This document shows positions 9,315-18,266 of a stretch of DNA of 64,000 bases, one piece after another (the stretch's first letter is position 1; each line of letters starts with the position of its first letter). The notes beneath the pieces were generated by a model. The model had not been told where the DNA came from. It made no database searches and saw only the letters and a program-made list of their open reading frames with translations. The stretch lies in sequence record MK774614.2. One strand, 5' to 3'. A program made the position numbers and the translations under genes.

Positions 9315-9388
9315 AGTGGTTGATTCTCCTTTATTTGGCTTTTAATCTGGTTATGGGATTTTGGTTTTACTCTATTTTCAAGAGTAAA
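9311..9388 (+). CDS. Small membrane peptide (25 aa)
   Basis: MKWLILLYLAFNLVMGFLVLLYFQE; ATGA overlap with the CYTH stop; not in the ORF track. Confidence 0.45.
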
Positions 9389-9441
9389 GATACTAAGGTC
9401 CCTAAACGTAGAACCTTTAAAGAAGGCTAATAATTACAATA

Positions 9442-9460
9442 AGGGGAGGGACTCTCCCCT
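9442..9460 (+). terminator. Intrinsic terminator
   Basis: aggggag/ctcccct stem followed by atttt. Confidence 0.6.
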
Positions 9461-9483
9461 ATTTTATTTATGGGATAAATGGA

Positions 9484-9873
9484 ATGACTAAAATACCAGA
9501 TGCGCTGTTCTTTGGAACCAACAGTGTTTTTGATTTTGTTTATTTAACCAGCCTGGTGAATGCCAGTGCTATTGAAAACTGTTTTCATCAAACAACTATT
9601 TTAGGGAAGAAAATTAAGTTTCAAGTAACCAAGATCCAGAACACTGTTTTAATCGGTGGATCTATTGGAACACGAACAGTTCTGATCACCAATATGAATG
9701 GACTGTGGTTGATCTATTACAACGATCACTATAACTTTGAAGGATGTGATATTGCGTTCATGAGACGTTTTATTTCATCTCCGGAAACTGTTGTAAAACA
9801 ATTTGATATCAAACGACGCGATCTTTTTGATCAAGTCTGCGAGACACTTGTCCGCACTGCTGGACGTCAATAA
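9484..9873 (+). CDS. Hypothetical protein
   Basis: 129-aa ORF. Confidence 0.65.
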   Translation: MTKIPDALFFGTNSVFDFVYLTSLVNASAIENCFHQTTILGKKIKFQVTKIQNTVLIGGSIGTRTVLITNMNGLWLIYYNDHYNFEGCDIAFMRRFISSPETVVKQFDIKRRDLFDQVCETLVRTAGRQ

Positions 9874-9889
9874 CTTAGGAGCAACCAAC

Positions 9890-10177
9890 ATGGACTATTT
9901 CTTGGAACAACTTTATCTCTTCTTCATTGTCAATTGGGATACTCCCGTTCTTTTTGCTGTACTTTACCTGATTGTTTGTTATGTCCATTATGTCTATGAA
10001 GTCAGGGCAGAAGCAAAACTGATTTACCATACCTGGAATAAAACAGCACTTAAGGCAATGATCCCGACTCATTGGGAGTGTATCAAGCGTTCTGTTCCTC
10101 GTATCTTGCTTGAACTCCCATTTGGAATAATGGGTGTGTTTTTCATGTACTTGGCATTTGATTATTTCTTTAAATGA
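9890..10177 (+). CDS. Membrane protein (about 2 TM segments)
   Basis: AGGAG RBS before ATG 9890; two hydrophobic stretches. Confidence 0.65.
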   Translation: MDYFLEQLYLFFIVNWDTPVLFAVLYLIVCYVHYVYEVRAEAKLIYHTWNKTALKAMIPTHWECIKRSVPRILLELPFGIMGVFFMYLAFDYFFK

Positions 10178-10377
10178 ACGTCACTTTTATCCCATTGTGT
10201 TTGGTCATCATCACAGTTGTTGTTTTTGCTATATGGACTTACCGATCTCGGTTAAAAACAGAACAATGCAAGATTAGTGATCATTTTCTAATCATGATCT
10301 TAGTCAGTGCTGTGCTAGGAAGTGGTTGGATGGGGGCATTGATTGTGGTGTTTATTAAACAAATGAAATTCACTTAA
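10174..10377 (+). CDS. Small membrane protein (2 TM segments)
   Basis: 67 aa, two hydrophobic stretches, ATGA overlap. Confidence 0.65.
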   Translation: MNVTFIPLCLVIITVVVFAIWTYRSRLKTEQCKISDHFLIMILVSAVLGSGWMGALIVVFIKQMKFT

Positions 10378-10443
10378 CTATCACTGATGGGAGAATACTG
10401 CGTTGGCAGTATTCTCTCTTTGTTATTTATAAGGAAAGACCCC

Positions 10444-11076
10444 ATGACGGAATTTGAAGAAATTGATCCAATTGCATCTTTAACAATGATAAAGGTTTTT
10501 TACGAAGAAGTATTTGGGTTTAAAAACGATTTAAAGAAATCCCTTTCTCGTAATTTCGTAAAGGATCTAAATAATCGTATTAACTCATTACAATGTAATA
10601 TTCAGCCGCTTGCTTTTGAAATCGATCCCGAGAGTCAATTGATCTGTATTGGACAATTCCATCATCGTGCAAGTTTGAAATTAGAGAAGATTACCGGATG
10701 CACCATCCCTGGTTCTATTTGCGATTACATCATTAACAATCCGGTCAAATACTTTCCTCCTTTATTTGCCGCAATTAAAGCAGCTGAAAAGCTGGTTCCC
10801 CAATTTGTCCAAGCAACGCGCGAAGAGGAAGTCGGGATTAGTTCTATTAGAGGGAGTTTAGAATTTCTTCCATCTGAATGGGAGGGATCCGTTTATTTTA
10901 TCAATTTCCCAGATACGTCCCCTGAGATGGTCGGTGGATATCTTATCCACAATAAAACTTTGAATGGCTTTACGTTGGAATGGAAAATTGTAGACAGTCA
11001 TAAAGACACCGAAGTTTCTCACAACTGTATTAATAAATTTGTTGAAACCCTAAATAGTCAAAAGAAAGGTATTTAA
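10444..11076 (+). CDS. Hypothetical protein
   Basis: AAGGA RBS before ATG 10444. Confidence 0.7.
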   Translation: MTEFEEIDPIASLTMIKVFYEEVFGFKNDLKKSLSRNFVKDLNNRINSLQCNIQPLAFEIDPESQLICIGQFHHRASLKLEKITGCTIPGSICDYIINNPVKYFPPLFAAIKAAEKLVPQFVQATREEEVGISSIRGSLEFLPSEWEGSVYFINFPDTSPEMVGGYLIHNKTLNGFTLEWKIVDSHKDTEVSHNCINKFVETLNSQKKGI

Positions 11077-11078
11077 TA

Positions 11079-11720
11079 ATGTCCCATGTTATTTTAGCGC
11101 TAGATTATGATGACACCCTGTGCAAAACAGGCGCCTATATTAATGAACAGATCAAATACTTCTTCTGGCAACAGGGGATGGAAAAAGAACATCAGTTTAT
11201 TTTGGATAATGAAGACAAAATGTCCACTATGCATTATCCGGAGTTTATTAAGAAACACGTCAATGAACAGGTCATTGGTCCGGGACTTTATATGCTCCAG
11301 GCTAAACCAACACCCTTGGCGACACGTGGGATCATGCGGGTATTGCAAGATTTCAAACAACGTTATCCCACACACCTCAAAATTGTAGGTTGTACTCACC
11401 GAGGCTTTCATAAAGACGGAGAACGTTTTACACGAGCTTGGTTGAAGACAATGATGATCGACCACATGTTTGACGATCTTCATATGCTCGACAGTAAAAA
11501 CGATCCAAATAAAGTTGAGTTCCTTAAACAAACTTATCCGGATGCCCAAATTGTGCTTGTTGATGATAACCCGCTTCATGATCATGATAAAATCCATCCC
11601 AAAATGGATGAGTTGGTTATTTATGACCGTGAAAATAAATACGAGGGTTATAAACATCAACAAACCTACGACAGTATCCATGGGTTGATCCGAATCTTGG
11701 AATCCAAGCTGGTTTACTAA
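11079..11720 (+). CDS. HAD-superfamily hydrolase (possible 5'-nucleotidase)
   Basis: Motif I LDYDDTL, motif II CTHR, Lys in NKVE, motif IV LVDDNP. Confidence 0.75.
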   Translation: MSHVILALDYDDTLCKTGAYINEQIKYFFWQQGMEKEHQFILDNEDKMSTMHYPEFIKKHVNEQVIGPGLYMLQAKPTPLATRGIMRVLQDFKQRYPTHLKIVGCTHRGFHKDGERFTRAWLKTMMIDHMFDDLHMLDSKNDPNKVEFLKQTYPDAQIVLVDDNPLHDHDKIHPKMDELVIYDRENKYEGYKHQQTYDSIHGLIRILESKLVY

Positions 11721-11734
11721 AAAAGGATTAAGTA

Positions 11735-12358
11735 ATGAGCACAACAGAGTGTAGGAAGTTAAATCACTCAACTTTTATTACTGGGGTTTGGTTTAACTAT
11801 AACGGATGGCGTTTTAAGACCAATTATGATGTTAAGTTAAAGACCGGTGAAATCATTAAAAATATGTACCCGAATGGGAACAGTTGGAGTGGATCTGGCC
11901 GGCACGTTAATGATGATGAGGTTGAGCAAATTCGCTCTATCCCGGATAATGAAGTTCACCAATATCATTATACCGGTAAATCTCGCATGGAAAGAGATCT
12001 TCGTTACTTTGGTTACGATATTCCTTGCTGGCTAGAAGGTGAACAGCGGTTTGTCAGACCGGAGATGTTACCAGAAGGGACGTACATTAAACCAACGCAA
12101 CGCGCAATTTGGTTTGCATGTAAGACCAAGGAAGGGGATGGAAAAGAAACCTTTGAACCCGTTGTTTTATTGGTTGCTGGAGTGTTAACTCAAGAAAAAC
12201 CGATTAATACAGATTCGTTTTTGCTTTCCTTGTTAAAGGAAGGGAAAGAAAAGGATCGCCTCATCACCCATGAGGAACTTCAAGAACGAATTCGTGCTTA
12301 TGGGATTTGCCCAACCGGTCATGAACAATGGTATAAAGATTTAGCAAAAGGGAATTAA
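11735..12358 (+). CDS. Hypothetical protein
   Basis: 207-aa ORF with AAGGA RBS. Confidence 0.7.
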   Translation: MSTTECRKLNHSTFITGVWFNYNGWRFKTNYDVKLKTGEIIKNMYPNGNSWSGSGRHVNDDEVEQIRSIPDNEVHQYHYTGKSRMERDLRYFGYDIPCWLEGEQRFVRPEMLPEGTYIKPTQRAIWFACKTKEGDGKETFEPVVLLVAGVLTQEKPINTDSFLLSLLKEGKEKDRLITHEELQERIRAYGICPTGHEQWYKDLAKGN

Positions 12359-12360
12359 TA

Positions 12361-12867
12361 ATGAACGATTACAGTTTCTTTTGGATGGATTATAACAGCG
12401 CTATTGAAAATCTAACTCCCGAAGAAGGAAACAAGATCATTGAGTGGTGTAATGCGCTGATCACTCATGAATGTCAATTCCGGACATTTCCCTATGAACA
12501 AGAGGGAAATAAAAATCCCCGGTTTATTACCGGCCCTCAAGATCTCTTTACTGTAGGGTGGGAAAATGCCGGTGTCTATTTGGCAGTCCTTAAATACAAA
12601 GGGGAAATTGTCAGTGTGGCGCGCTTGACCTACGGGGTGAATGACTACGCAACCGAATTGATCTTGACGTTTGTGATGACTAATCCGGATTACCGTAAAC
12701 AAGGTCATGCTAAAGAGTTGATGGAACGGATCAAGGAAGGAGCTAAGGTGCGTAACTTCACATTCCTTTCTCTGTGCTATGATGGCCGTAATCACGATGC
12801 GGTAGAGTTTTATCGTAAAACAGGCTGGATCACAGGACAAGTTAACGCAGGGAAATTCATTCAATGA
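12361..12867 (+). CDS. GNAT-family acetyltransferase
   Basis: Motif A VMTNPDYRKQGHAKELM; motif B NHDAVEFYRKTGW. Confidence 0.85.
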   Translation: MNDYSFFWMDYNSAIENLTPEEGNKIIEWCNALITHECQFRTFPYEQEGNKNPRFITGPQDLFTVGWENAGVYLAVLKYKGEIVSVARLTYGVNDYATELILTFVMTNPDYRKQGHAKELMERIKEGAKVRNFTFLSLCYDGRNHDAVEFYRKTGWITGQVNAGKFIQ

Positions 12868-13421
12868 CACAACCCATTATCAGTGCCATTTTTGCCATTG
12901 ATTGTTATGGCGGAATGGGATATGAAAACAAACTTCCATGGTCACCGATAAAAGAAGACTTTGCTTGGTTTAAACAACACACCATGAACAAAGTGGTGGT
13001 GATGGGATATAAAACGTGGGATTCTCTTCCAGTAAGACCGCTCATGAATAGAACTAATGTCGTATTGAGTAATCGGATAGATACGATTGAAGGCGCGGTA
13101 GTTTGTAAGAGTTTTGCAGATGTGATTGCGAAGTACCCCAATGAAAAAGAGATCGTGATCATTGGGGGTGCTGAAACGATCAGGACACTTCGTGACCACA
13201 TTAGTCGTGTCTATGTCACTACGGTTAATACGGTCAACTTAGCTGATCTACTAGTAGAAGGAAACTGGGAGGAATGGGATCTTCGTTATCATGATGAGTT
13301 CACCTCTGAACGGTGTACGTTTGACATCTGGGAAATGATAGACGATTCCCCCAGTTTAGCCTTTTACACGAAAGGCGGACTAAAGCCTGAACGTAAAGAG
13401 CTGATGGCAAAACAAGATTAA
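12864..13421 (+). CDS. folA: Dihydrofolate reductase
   Basis: GMGYENKLPW, EDFAWFK, VVMGYKTWDSLP-RPLMNRTNVVLS, IIGGA. Confidence 0.93.
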   Translation: MTQPIISAIFAIDCYGGMGYENKLPWSPIKEDFAWFKQHTMNKVVVMGYKTWDSLPVRPLMNRTNVVLSNRIDTIEGAVVCKSFADVIAKYPNEKEIVIIGGAETIRTLRDHISRVYVTTVNTVNLADLLVEGNWEEWDLRYHDEFTSERCTFDIWEMIDDSPSLAFYTKGGLKPERKELMAKQD

Positions 13422-13428
13422 TGCATCT

Positions 13429-13452
13429 ATCCTAGCTGGAAACGGCTAGGAT
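13429..13452 (+). terminator. Intrinsic terminator
   Basis: atcctagc/gctaggat stem plus T-run. Confidence 0.7.
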
Positions 13453-13464
13453 TTTTATTTGTTT

Positions 13465-13489
13465 CTATAATTTTTGAAACAGATATTAT
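13465..13489 (+). promoter_or_regulatory. Putative phage early promoter
   Basis: ctataatttttgaaacagatattat; upstream of the membrane protein-ClpP-GroEL unit. Confidence 0.7.
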
Positions 13490-13530
13490 TGATGTGTAAG
13501 ATTAGAAATAATATAAAGGAATAAACCATT

Positions 13531-13797
13531 ATGCCTGAATATGTTTATTGGATAATTGCGGCGCTAGTTGTATTACTCTATCTCTTCATTGGGTTAGTTT
13601 GTTTCGGTAGTTTTGGTTGGGTTATCGGAAGACCTCATCGCTATTCTAAACGGGATAAACTGATTGGGGGACTTTGGGACTGGTCTGTTATTCTACTTTG
13701 GCCACTTTGGTTAATTACAATAATCGGGTGGACTGTATGGTTAATCGCTGAACACTGCTGGGTTGTATTTAAACGTAAATGGGGAAAGAACAAATGA
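13531..13797 (+). CDS. Membrane protein (2 TM segments)
   Basis: AAAGGA RBS; two hydrophobic helices; W-P-L-W motif. Confidence 0.7.
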   Translation: MPEYVYWIIAALVVLLYLFIGLVCFGSFGWVIGRPHRYSKRDKLIGGLWDWSVILLWPLWLITIIGWTVWLIAEHCWVVFKRKWGKNK

Positions 13798-14561
13798 GCG
13801 AGCAAGAACAACAAGCGCCGGAAACACCTAAAGGCCAAATCAATAGTCTCCATCTTTCTGGACTTCTAAATGATGATAATGTTATTGGTTGGTTGCAGTT
13901 AGTTCATAGCTGTAGTGCGAAAGATGCTTGTCGAATCTTTATTGGTTCATACGGGGGAAATATTGATAGCGCGTTTACGTTCAAAGACGCGTTTGAAAGT
14001 AAACTGTTCCCGATCGCACTGATCGCAGAAGGAACTATTGCGTCTGCAGCATGGTATCTGTTTAGCTCAAGAAAGTATCTGCGTTTGACCTATGCTAATG
14101 TACTTTGGCTTCAGCACGCCCCAAGTTACCAACCGGCCATGACACATGACGAGCTAATGGGGGCTCTTCCAGGTTTAATTGAAACCAGTCAGAGAGGACA
14201 CCAAGTACTTGCTGAAGGCGTCGGACTCAGTCATAAAGAAGTGGATGAACTCTTCCATTTTAAAGGTACCAGGGTTCTTGGGCTTGATACCATTTGGTTA
14301 GGAGAGTATGGACTTACTGATGGTGTGATTTTTAGAGATACCAGTAAAATCTCCTGGATCGTGTTAACTCGAGAAGGGTTTAAAGAAGCCACGGTTCACG
14401 ACAACCATGACACGCTCAAAGCAAAAGAATTGTTAACCGATGAATTCCTGGAACCATTTGGATTAAAACAATATGTTCCAACTCCTCGACCACTTCCTAC
14501 GTTGAAGACAGCTATTGCCGGTTTGAGCCACCTGACAAAACAAGCTGAACAACGTAAGTAA
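13794..14561 (+). CDS. ClpP-like serine protease (crotonase fold)
   Basis: IGSYGG (cf. INSPGG), GTIASAA with Ser, LQHAP with His, EYGLTD; the catalytic Asp is not obvious. Confidence 0.65.
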   Translation: MSEQEQQAPETPKGQINSLHLSGLLNDDNVIGWLQLVHSCSAKDACRIFIGSYGGNIDSAFTFKDAFESKLFPIALIAEGTIASAAWYLFSSRKYLRLTYANVLWLQHAPSYQPAMTHDELMGALPGLIETSQRGHQVLAEGVGLSHKEVDELFHFKGTRVLGLDTIWLGEYGLTDGVIFRDTSKISWIVLTREGFKEATVHDNHDTLKAKELLTDEFLEPFGLKQYVPTPRPLPTLKTAIAGLSHLTKQAEQRK

Positions 14562-14595
14562 TTGTAAACTCTTTTAGCAACAAAGGAAAACAACA

Positions 14596-16215
14596 ATGTC
14601 CATTTTGAACGAAGTGACTTTCACTAATAAAGCTGATACCCGCAACCTGGTGGATGAAGTGGTCCAAGATGCATTTGATGCCGTTACCAGCACCATGGGA
14701 CCCAATGGTCAGTTTGCTTTGATCATTGAAATGAATCTCCCTAAGGTGACCAAGGATGGTGTCAGTGTTGCAAAGGCATTGGATTTTAACGAAGCCCGAC
14801 GCAACGCCATTGCTAAGGTGATCACAGAACCTTCCATTAAAACGGATATGGAAGTCGGTGACGGCACCACCACGACTGTCTTTATGTTGGGTAAGTTCTA
14901 CCAGATGTTTAAAGATCGGATGACCTTTAACAACATTCGCCTGATCGATAGCTGGGTGGAACGGACTCGTCAGATTCTCAATGAGATGGTTATTCCGGGA
15001 GATGTGAACAGTGACGTGTTTCGTAACATGTTGATGACAACATCTAACTACGAAACCGAAATTGTAGATCGGATCTTGGATATTTATCGTACCTATAAAA
15101 ATCCAAACGTCGTCCTTCAGAAAGTCCCTTCTTTGGGTCATGACGTAGTTGAAACCAATAACCTGGTTTACTTTCATGGTCAATATGGGAGTGATGAATT
15201 TGTCCCACGTGGCAATGAGCAAGGTCAAAAGGTCTGTGGTCATCCGGATGTGAATACTCGGGTGGTGCTAATTGATGGGCACGTAAATCGGGTTGACATT
15301 CCGGTACTCACTCAACTGGTGAGCGACATTGTCAAAGAACCAGGTATTGAGCCACAGTCGATGACCTTTGATGGCGAGACAGTGATCATTGCCCGTAACT
15401 TTGATCCATCCGTGATCACCACGTTTAAGCAAGCCAACGCTAAGTTCGGTTGCCGGATTACACCGTATCAACTGAATGTGGGTGGTTCATTGGGCTCTAA
15501 CGTTTTCCGGGATCTGTCTGAACTCCTTAAAGTCAATCTGGTTACCGAGTTCTCCGAACTGCTGGATCAAGATCACGACTATACAGGAAGCCCGTTCATT
15601 TTGGCGCCCAAGGCCATTTACATTGAGCAAGACGAAAACGGTCACATTCAAACAACCTGTGATAACTTGGTTGCTGAATTGTCTAAACGCTATGACATGA
15701 TGACTGTGATTGATCGTCAAACTCCCGTAGGTAAAAACCTGTTTGATCGGATTTCTCGTCTGTCCGGTAACAACGTGGTTATCAAAGTAACCGGCACTGT
15801 ACCCAGTGAAGCCACTGAGCGCTATTATCGTTATGAAGATGCGATGAAAGCTGCAAAGACTGGGATCACCTTTGGGATTCTCCCGGGGATTGGGTATGGG
15901 TATCTGACAGCAGCACGTCGATTGGTCGATGAGATCGCTAACAACCCAATGGAACCTGAAGAGTTCAAACTCTTCCAGGACTTTATTGAAGTATTGTTGG
16001 CACAATACAAACACCTAACAGAGGACAGTGAGTACGAGTTGTTTAATGAACCCTCCTTCTTGGATTTGGTAACAGGAGAGCGAGAAGTCATTCCAACTAA
16101 GGTATTTGATAATGCCGCTGCAACCATGACTGCACTAAGTGGCGGATGGTCGACAGCTAAGACACTGGGTAAACTGTCCAATGTGATGGGACGGTCTCAC
16201 CAGACATATCAATAA
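14596..16215 (+). CDS. groEL: Phage GroEL-like chaperonin
   Basis: 539 aa; TMGPNG, TKDGVSVAK, GDGTTT, EDAMKAAK, GILPGIG. Confidence 0.9.
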   Translation: MSILNEVTFTNKADTRNLVDEVVQDAFDAVTSTMGPNGQFALIIEMNLPKVTKDGVSVAKALDFNEARRNAIAKVITEPSIKTDMEVGDGTTTTVFMLGKFYQMFKDRMTFNNIRLIDSWVERTRQILNEMVIPGDVNSDVFRNMLMTTSNYETEIVDRILDIYRTYKNPNVVLQKVPSLGHDVVETNNLVYFHGQYGSDEFVPRGNEQGQKVCGHPDVNTRVVLIDGHVNRVDIPVLTQLVSDIVKEPGIEPQSMTFDGETVIIARNFDPSVITTFKQANAKFGCRITPYQLNVGGSLGSNVFRDLSELLKVNLVTEFSELLDQDHDYTGSPFILAPKAIYIEQDENGHIQTTCDNLVAELSKRYDMMTVIDRQTPVGKNLFDRISRLSGNNVVIKVTGTVPSEATERYYRYEDAMKAAKTGITFGILPGIGYGYLTAARRLVDEIANNPMEPEEFKLFQDFIEVLLAQYKHLTEDSEYELFNEPSFLDLVTGEREVIPTKVFDNAAATMTALSGGWSTAKTLGKLSNVMGRSHQTYQ

Positions 16216-16220
16216 GGTCA

Positions 16221-16246
16221 AGGTCCAGTACAATTGTACTGGACCT
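16221..16246 (+). terminator. Terminator-like palindrome after groEL
   Basis: Perfect inverted repeat aggtccagtacaattgtactggacct. Confidence 0.6.
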
Positions 16247-16312
16247 CTTATTATGGAAGTTTTATTTTGTGCTTGAAATCCTGTGGTATACTGAGATTTT
16301 TGAGAGCATCAA

Positions 16313-16603
16313 ATGAAACGTCCAACTAATAAAGAGTTGGGATTAAACGGGAGACGAGTACTATTTGCTCCTATTAATTTAATGATGTTCATTTTGCTAT
16401 TTCCCTTGGCATGTATCTCAAGGCCATTGGGATTTGGGCATATTGGAGAATTCATTGTTTATTTCCTTCTTCTTCGTATCGGGGTAGTCTTGTTTGAAAA
16501 GGACGTCTTTATTATTCATCCTCGTCAAGTTCTTCCTTTTAGTTTATTAATTTTACTTATCTTTGGGTATTACGGATATGAGACTTTTGCTTGGATTTGG
16601 TAA
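16313..16603 (+). CDS. Multi-pass membrane protein
   Basis: 96 aa, about 3 hydrophobic segments. Confidence 0.65.
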   Translation: MKRPTNKELGLNGRRVLFAPINLMMFILLFPLACISRPLGFGHIGEFIVYFLLLRIGVVLFEKDVFIIHPRQVLPFSLLILLIFGYYGYETFAWIW

Positions 16604-16604
16604 C

Positions 16605-16928
16605 ATGTTGTATTGTGCATTGCAGTGCGGTTTGTTTTGGTCTACTCTTTTTGACATTATCAGCTGGTATGGTGAGTCGTTTAAAGCGTGGTGCAAAGAT
16701 CATACGCAAATGAAATGCTTGGCACTGGTGCTAGCTTTATTGGGGAGTTATTTTGGATACAGTCAACTCTCCGGGTTTGGGACACTGGCTTATCCGGTAG
16801 CTATCTGGTTTCTCATGTCTCTTTACTGGAAAGAGAATAAAGTGTTTACCATACCCCAGATTGTCATTTACTCGATTGCGTTGAGTATTGATTGCGCTGT
16901 TGTTCTTCATCATTTTGCAGGAGCTTAA
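16605..16928 (+). CDS. Multi-pass membrane protein
   Basis: ATG 1 nt after the previous stop; about 4 hydrophobic segments. Confidence 0.6.
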   Translation: MLYCALQCGLFWSTLFDIISWYGESFKAWCKDHTQMKCLALVLALLGSYFGYSQLSGFGTLAYPVAIWFLMSLYWKENKVFTIPQIVIYSIALSIDCAVVLHHFAGA

Positions 16929-16930
16929 TA

Positions 16931-17623
16931 ATGCCAAAGAAGGTCTATTTCCATTTTGGTCCAATGAACTCATCTAAAACCGCCACCTTGATCATGAATC
17001 ATTTTAACTACCGTGAACAAGGCCAAAACCCCGTTATTTTAAAACCTTCCATTGATAATCGGGAAGGGGAAGATCCGCTGGTGAAATGCCGCGCTGGACT
17101 TTCTGCTCATGCGGTGTTGTTTGATAGTCAAGAAAACTTGTTTATTCTGGCGGCTAAACTGGCAGGTGTCAATGAACGACAACTGGGCTTTTTCAACATT
17201 GCAATGGGCTCGTTAGAAGAAACAGAAACGGGACGATCTAAACACGATCTGATGGTGGAGTTTGGTGAGAGCATTGATAAACGTGTTGATTGCTTCTTAG
17301 TGGACGAGATCCAGTTCTTGACCATTGAGCAAGTTAAGCAACTCACTGACATCGCGGACTATTTGAATATCCCTGTGCTGGCATTTGGACTTCGTAATGA
17401 TTTCCAAAGCAACCCCTTCCCAGCCAGTGGGTATCTGATGGCCAATGCAGAAGAACTCAAAGAGTCTAAGGGCATTTGCTTTTGTAAAAAGAAAGCCACC
17501 CACGTTCTTCGTGTTGATGATGAAGGAAATGTAATCAAAGAAGGGGAACAGATCTGTGTAGGGAACAACGATAGGTACCATTCGGTGTGCCGTTTTCACT
17601 GGAAAGCCGGTCTTTATCGTTAA
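16931..17623 (+). CDS. tdk: Thymidine kinase
   Basis: GPMNSSKT P-loop, LVDEIQF, FGLRNDFQSNPF, C-x-C Zn ligands, YHSVCRFHW. Confidence 0.93.
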   Translation: MPKKVYFHFGPMNSSKTATLIMNHFNYREQGQNPVILKPSIDNREGEDPLVKCRAGLSAHAVLFDSQENLFILAAKLAGVNERQLGFFNIAMGSLEETETGRSKHDLMVEFGESIDKRVDCFLVDEIQFLTIEQVKQLTDIADYLNIPVLAFGLRNDFQSNPFPASGYLMANAEELKESKGICFCKKKATHVLRVDDEGNVIKEGEQICVGNNDRYHSVCRFHWKAGLYR

Positions 17624-17638
17624 CATTTAATATGATGG

Positions 17639-17658
17639 AAATTTCAAACCTATATTAC
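17639..17658 (+). promoter_or_regulatory. Putative phage early promoter
   Basis: aaatttcaaacctatattac, with exact TATATTAC core. Confidence 0.75.
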
Positions 17659-17721
17659 TAAAGTGATAAACATACACAATGTTTAACCCCAAACACTTTA
17701 ATGACTATAGGGAATACCATC

Positions 17722-18144
17722 ATGGAAAACGTAAGCCTGCAAGACCAAGCCTCTGAACTGATCATCAACAAAACTGTTGAAGATCTGGTGAAGAAAGCCA
17801 ACGCAATGCAACAAGAACTCAATGGCGAACAACCGAGTGCTGAAGATGATCAACTGCTGATCTCCAAACCGAACTTCATCGGTGCGGTCATCGGTGTTGG
17901 CGCTGCTGTTGCTCTGGAAGCGTTCTCTCCCACCGGGAGCAAGGCGTCTGCCATTGCTGCTGCCGCTGCTGGCGGTGCACTGATCGGTGTTGCCCGCAAA
18001 GCGCTGGACACCCCGTTCCAGAACAAGTTTACCGGTACCGTCTGTGGTCTGGTTGCTTTCAAATGCGCCAAAGTAGTTGGTCGTAACGTGGCTGAATACT
18101 TCCCGAACGTTAAGGAAGTTGAAGCTATCGATACCATGCTGTGA
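17722..18144 (+). CDS. Monocistronic Gly/Ala-rich putative membrane protein
   Basis: Own promoter and terminator; GAVIGVGAAVA and AAAAAGGALIG hydrophobic segments. Confidence 0.75.
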   Translation: MENVSLQDQASELIINKTVEDLVKKANAMQQELNGEQPSAEDDQLLISKPNFIGAVIGVGAAVALEAFSPTGSKASAIAAAAAGGALIGVARKALDTPFQNKFTGTVCGLVAFKCAKVVGRNVAEYFPNVKEVEAIDTML

Positions 18145-18154
18145 TCGCTGAAGT

Positions 18155-18181
18155 AGACCCTGACCCATTGGGTCAGGGTCT
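18155..18181 (+). terminator. Intrinsic terminator
   Basis: 12-bp stem agaccctgaccc/gggtcagggtct plus T-rich run. Confidence 0.8.
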
Positions 18182-18266
18182 TTCTTCTCTTATTTCTTTT
18201 TTGATTTTATGATGAACTCAACTGTCTTGGGTTTTCATTAATAACCCTATGTAAGGAATATAAACT

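Noticed and set aside
16270-16302. Sigma70-like TTGAAA...TATACT upstream of 16313
   Set aside because: Spacer is about 8 nt, far from the required 16-18 nt.
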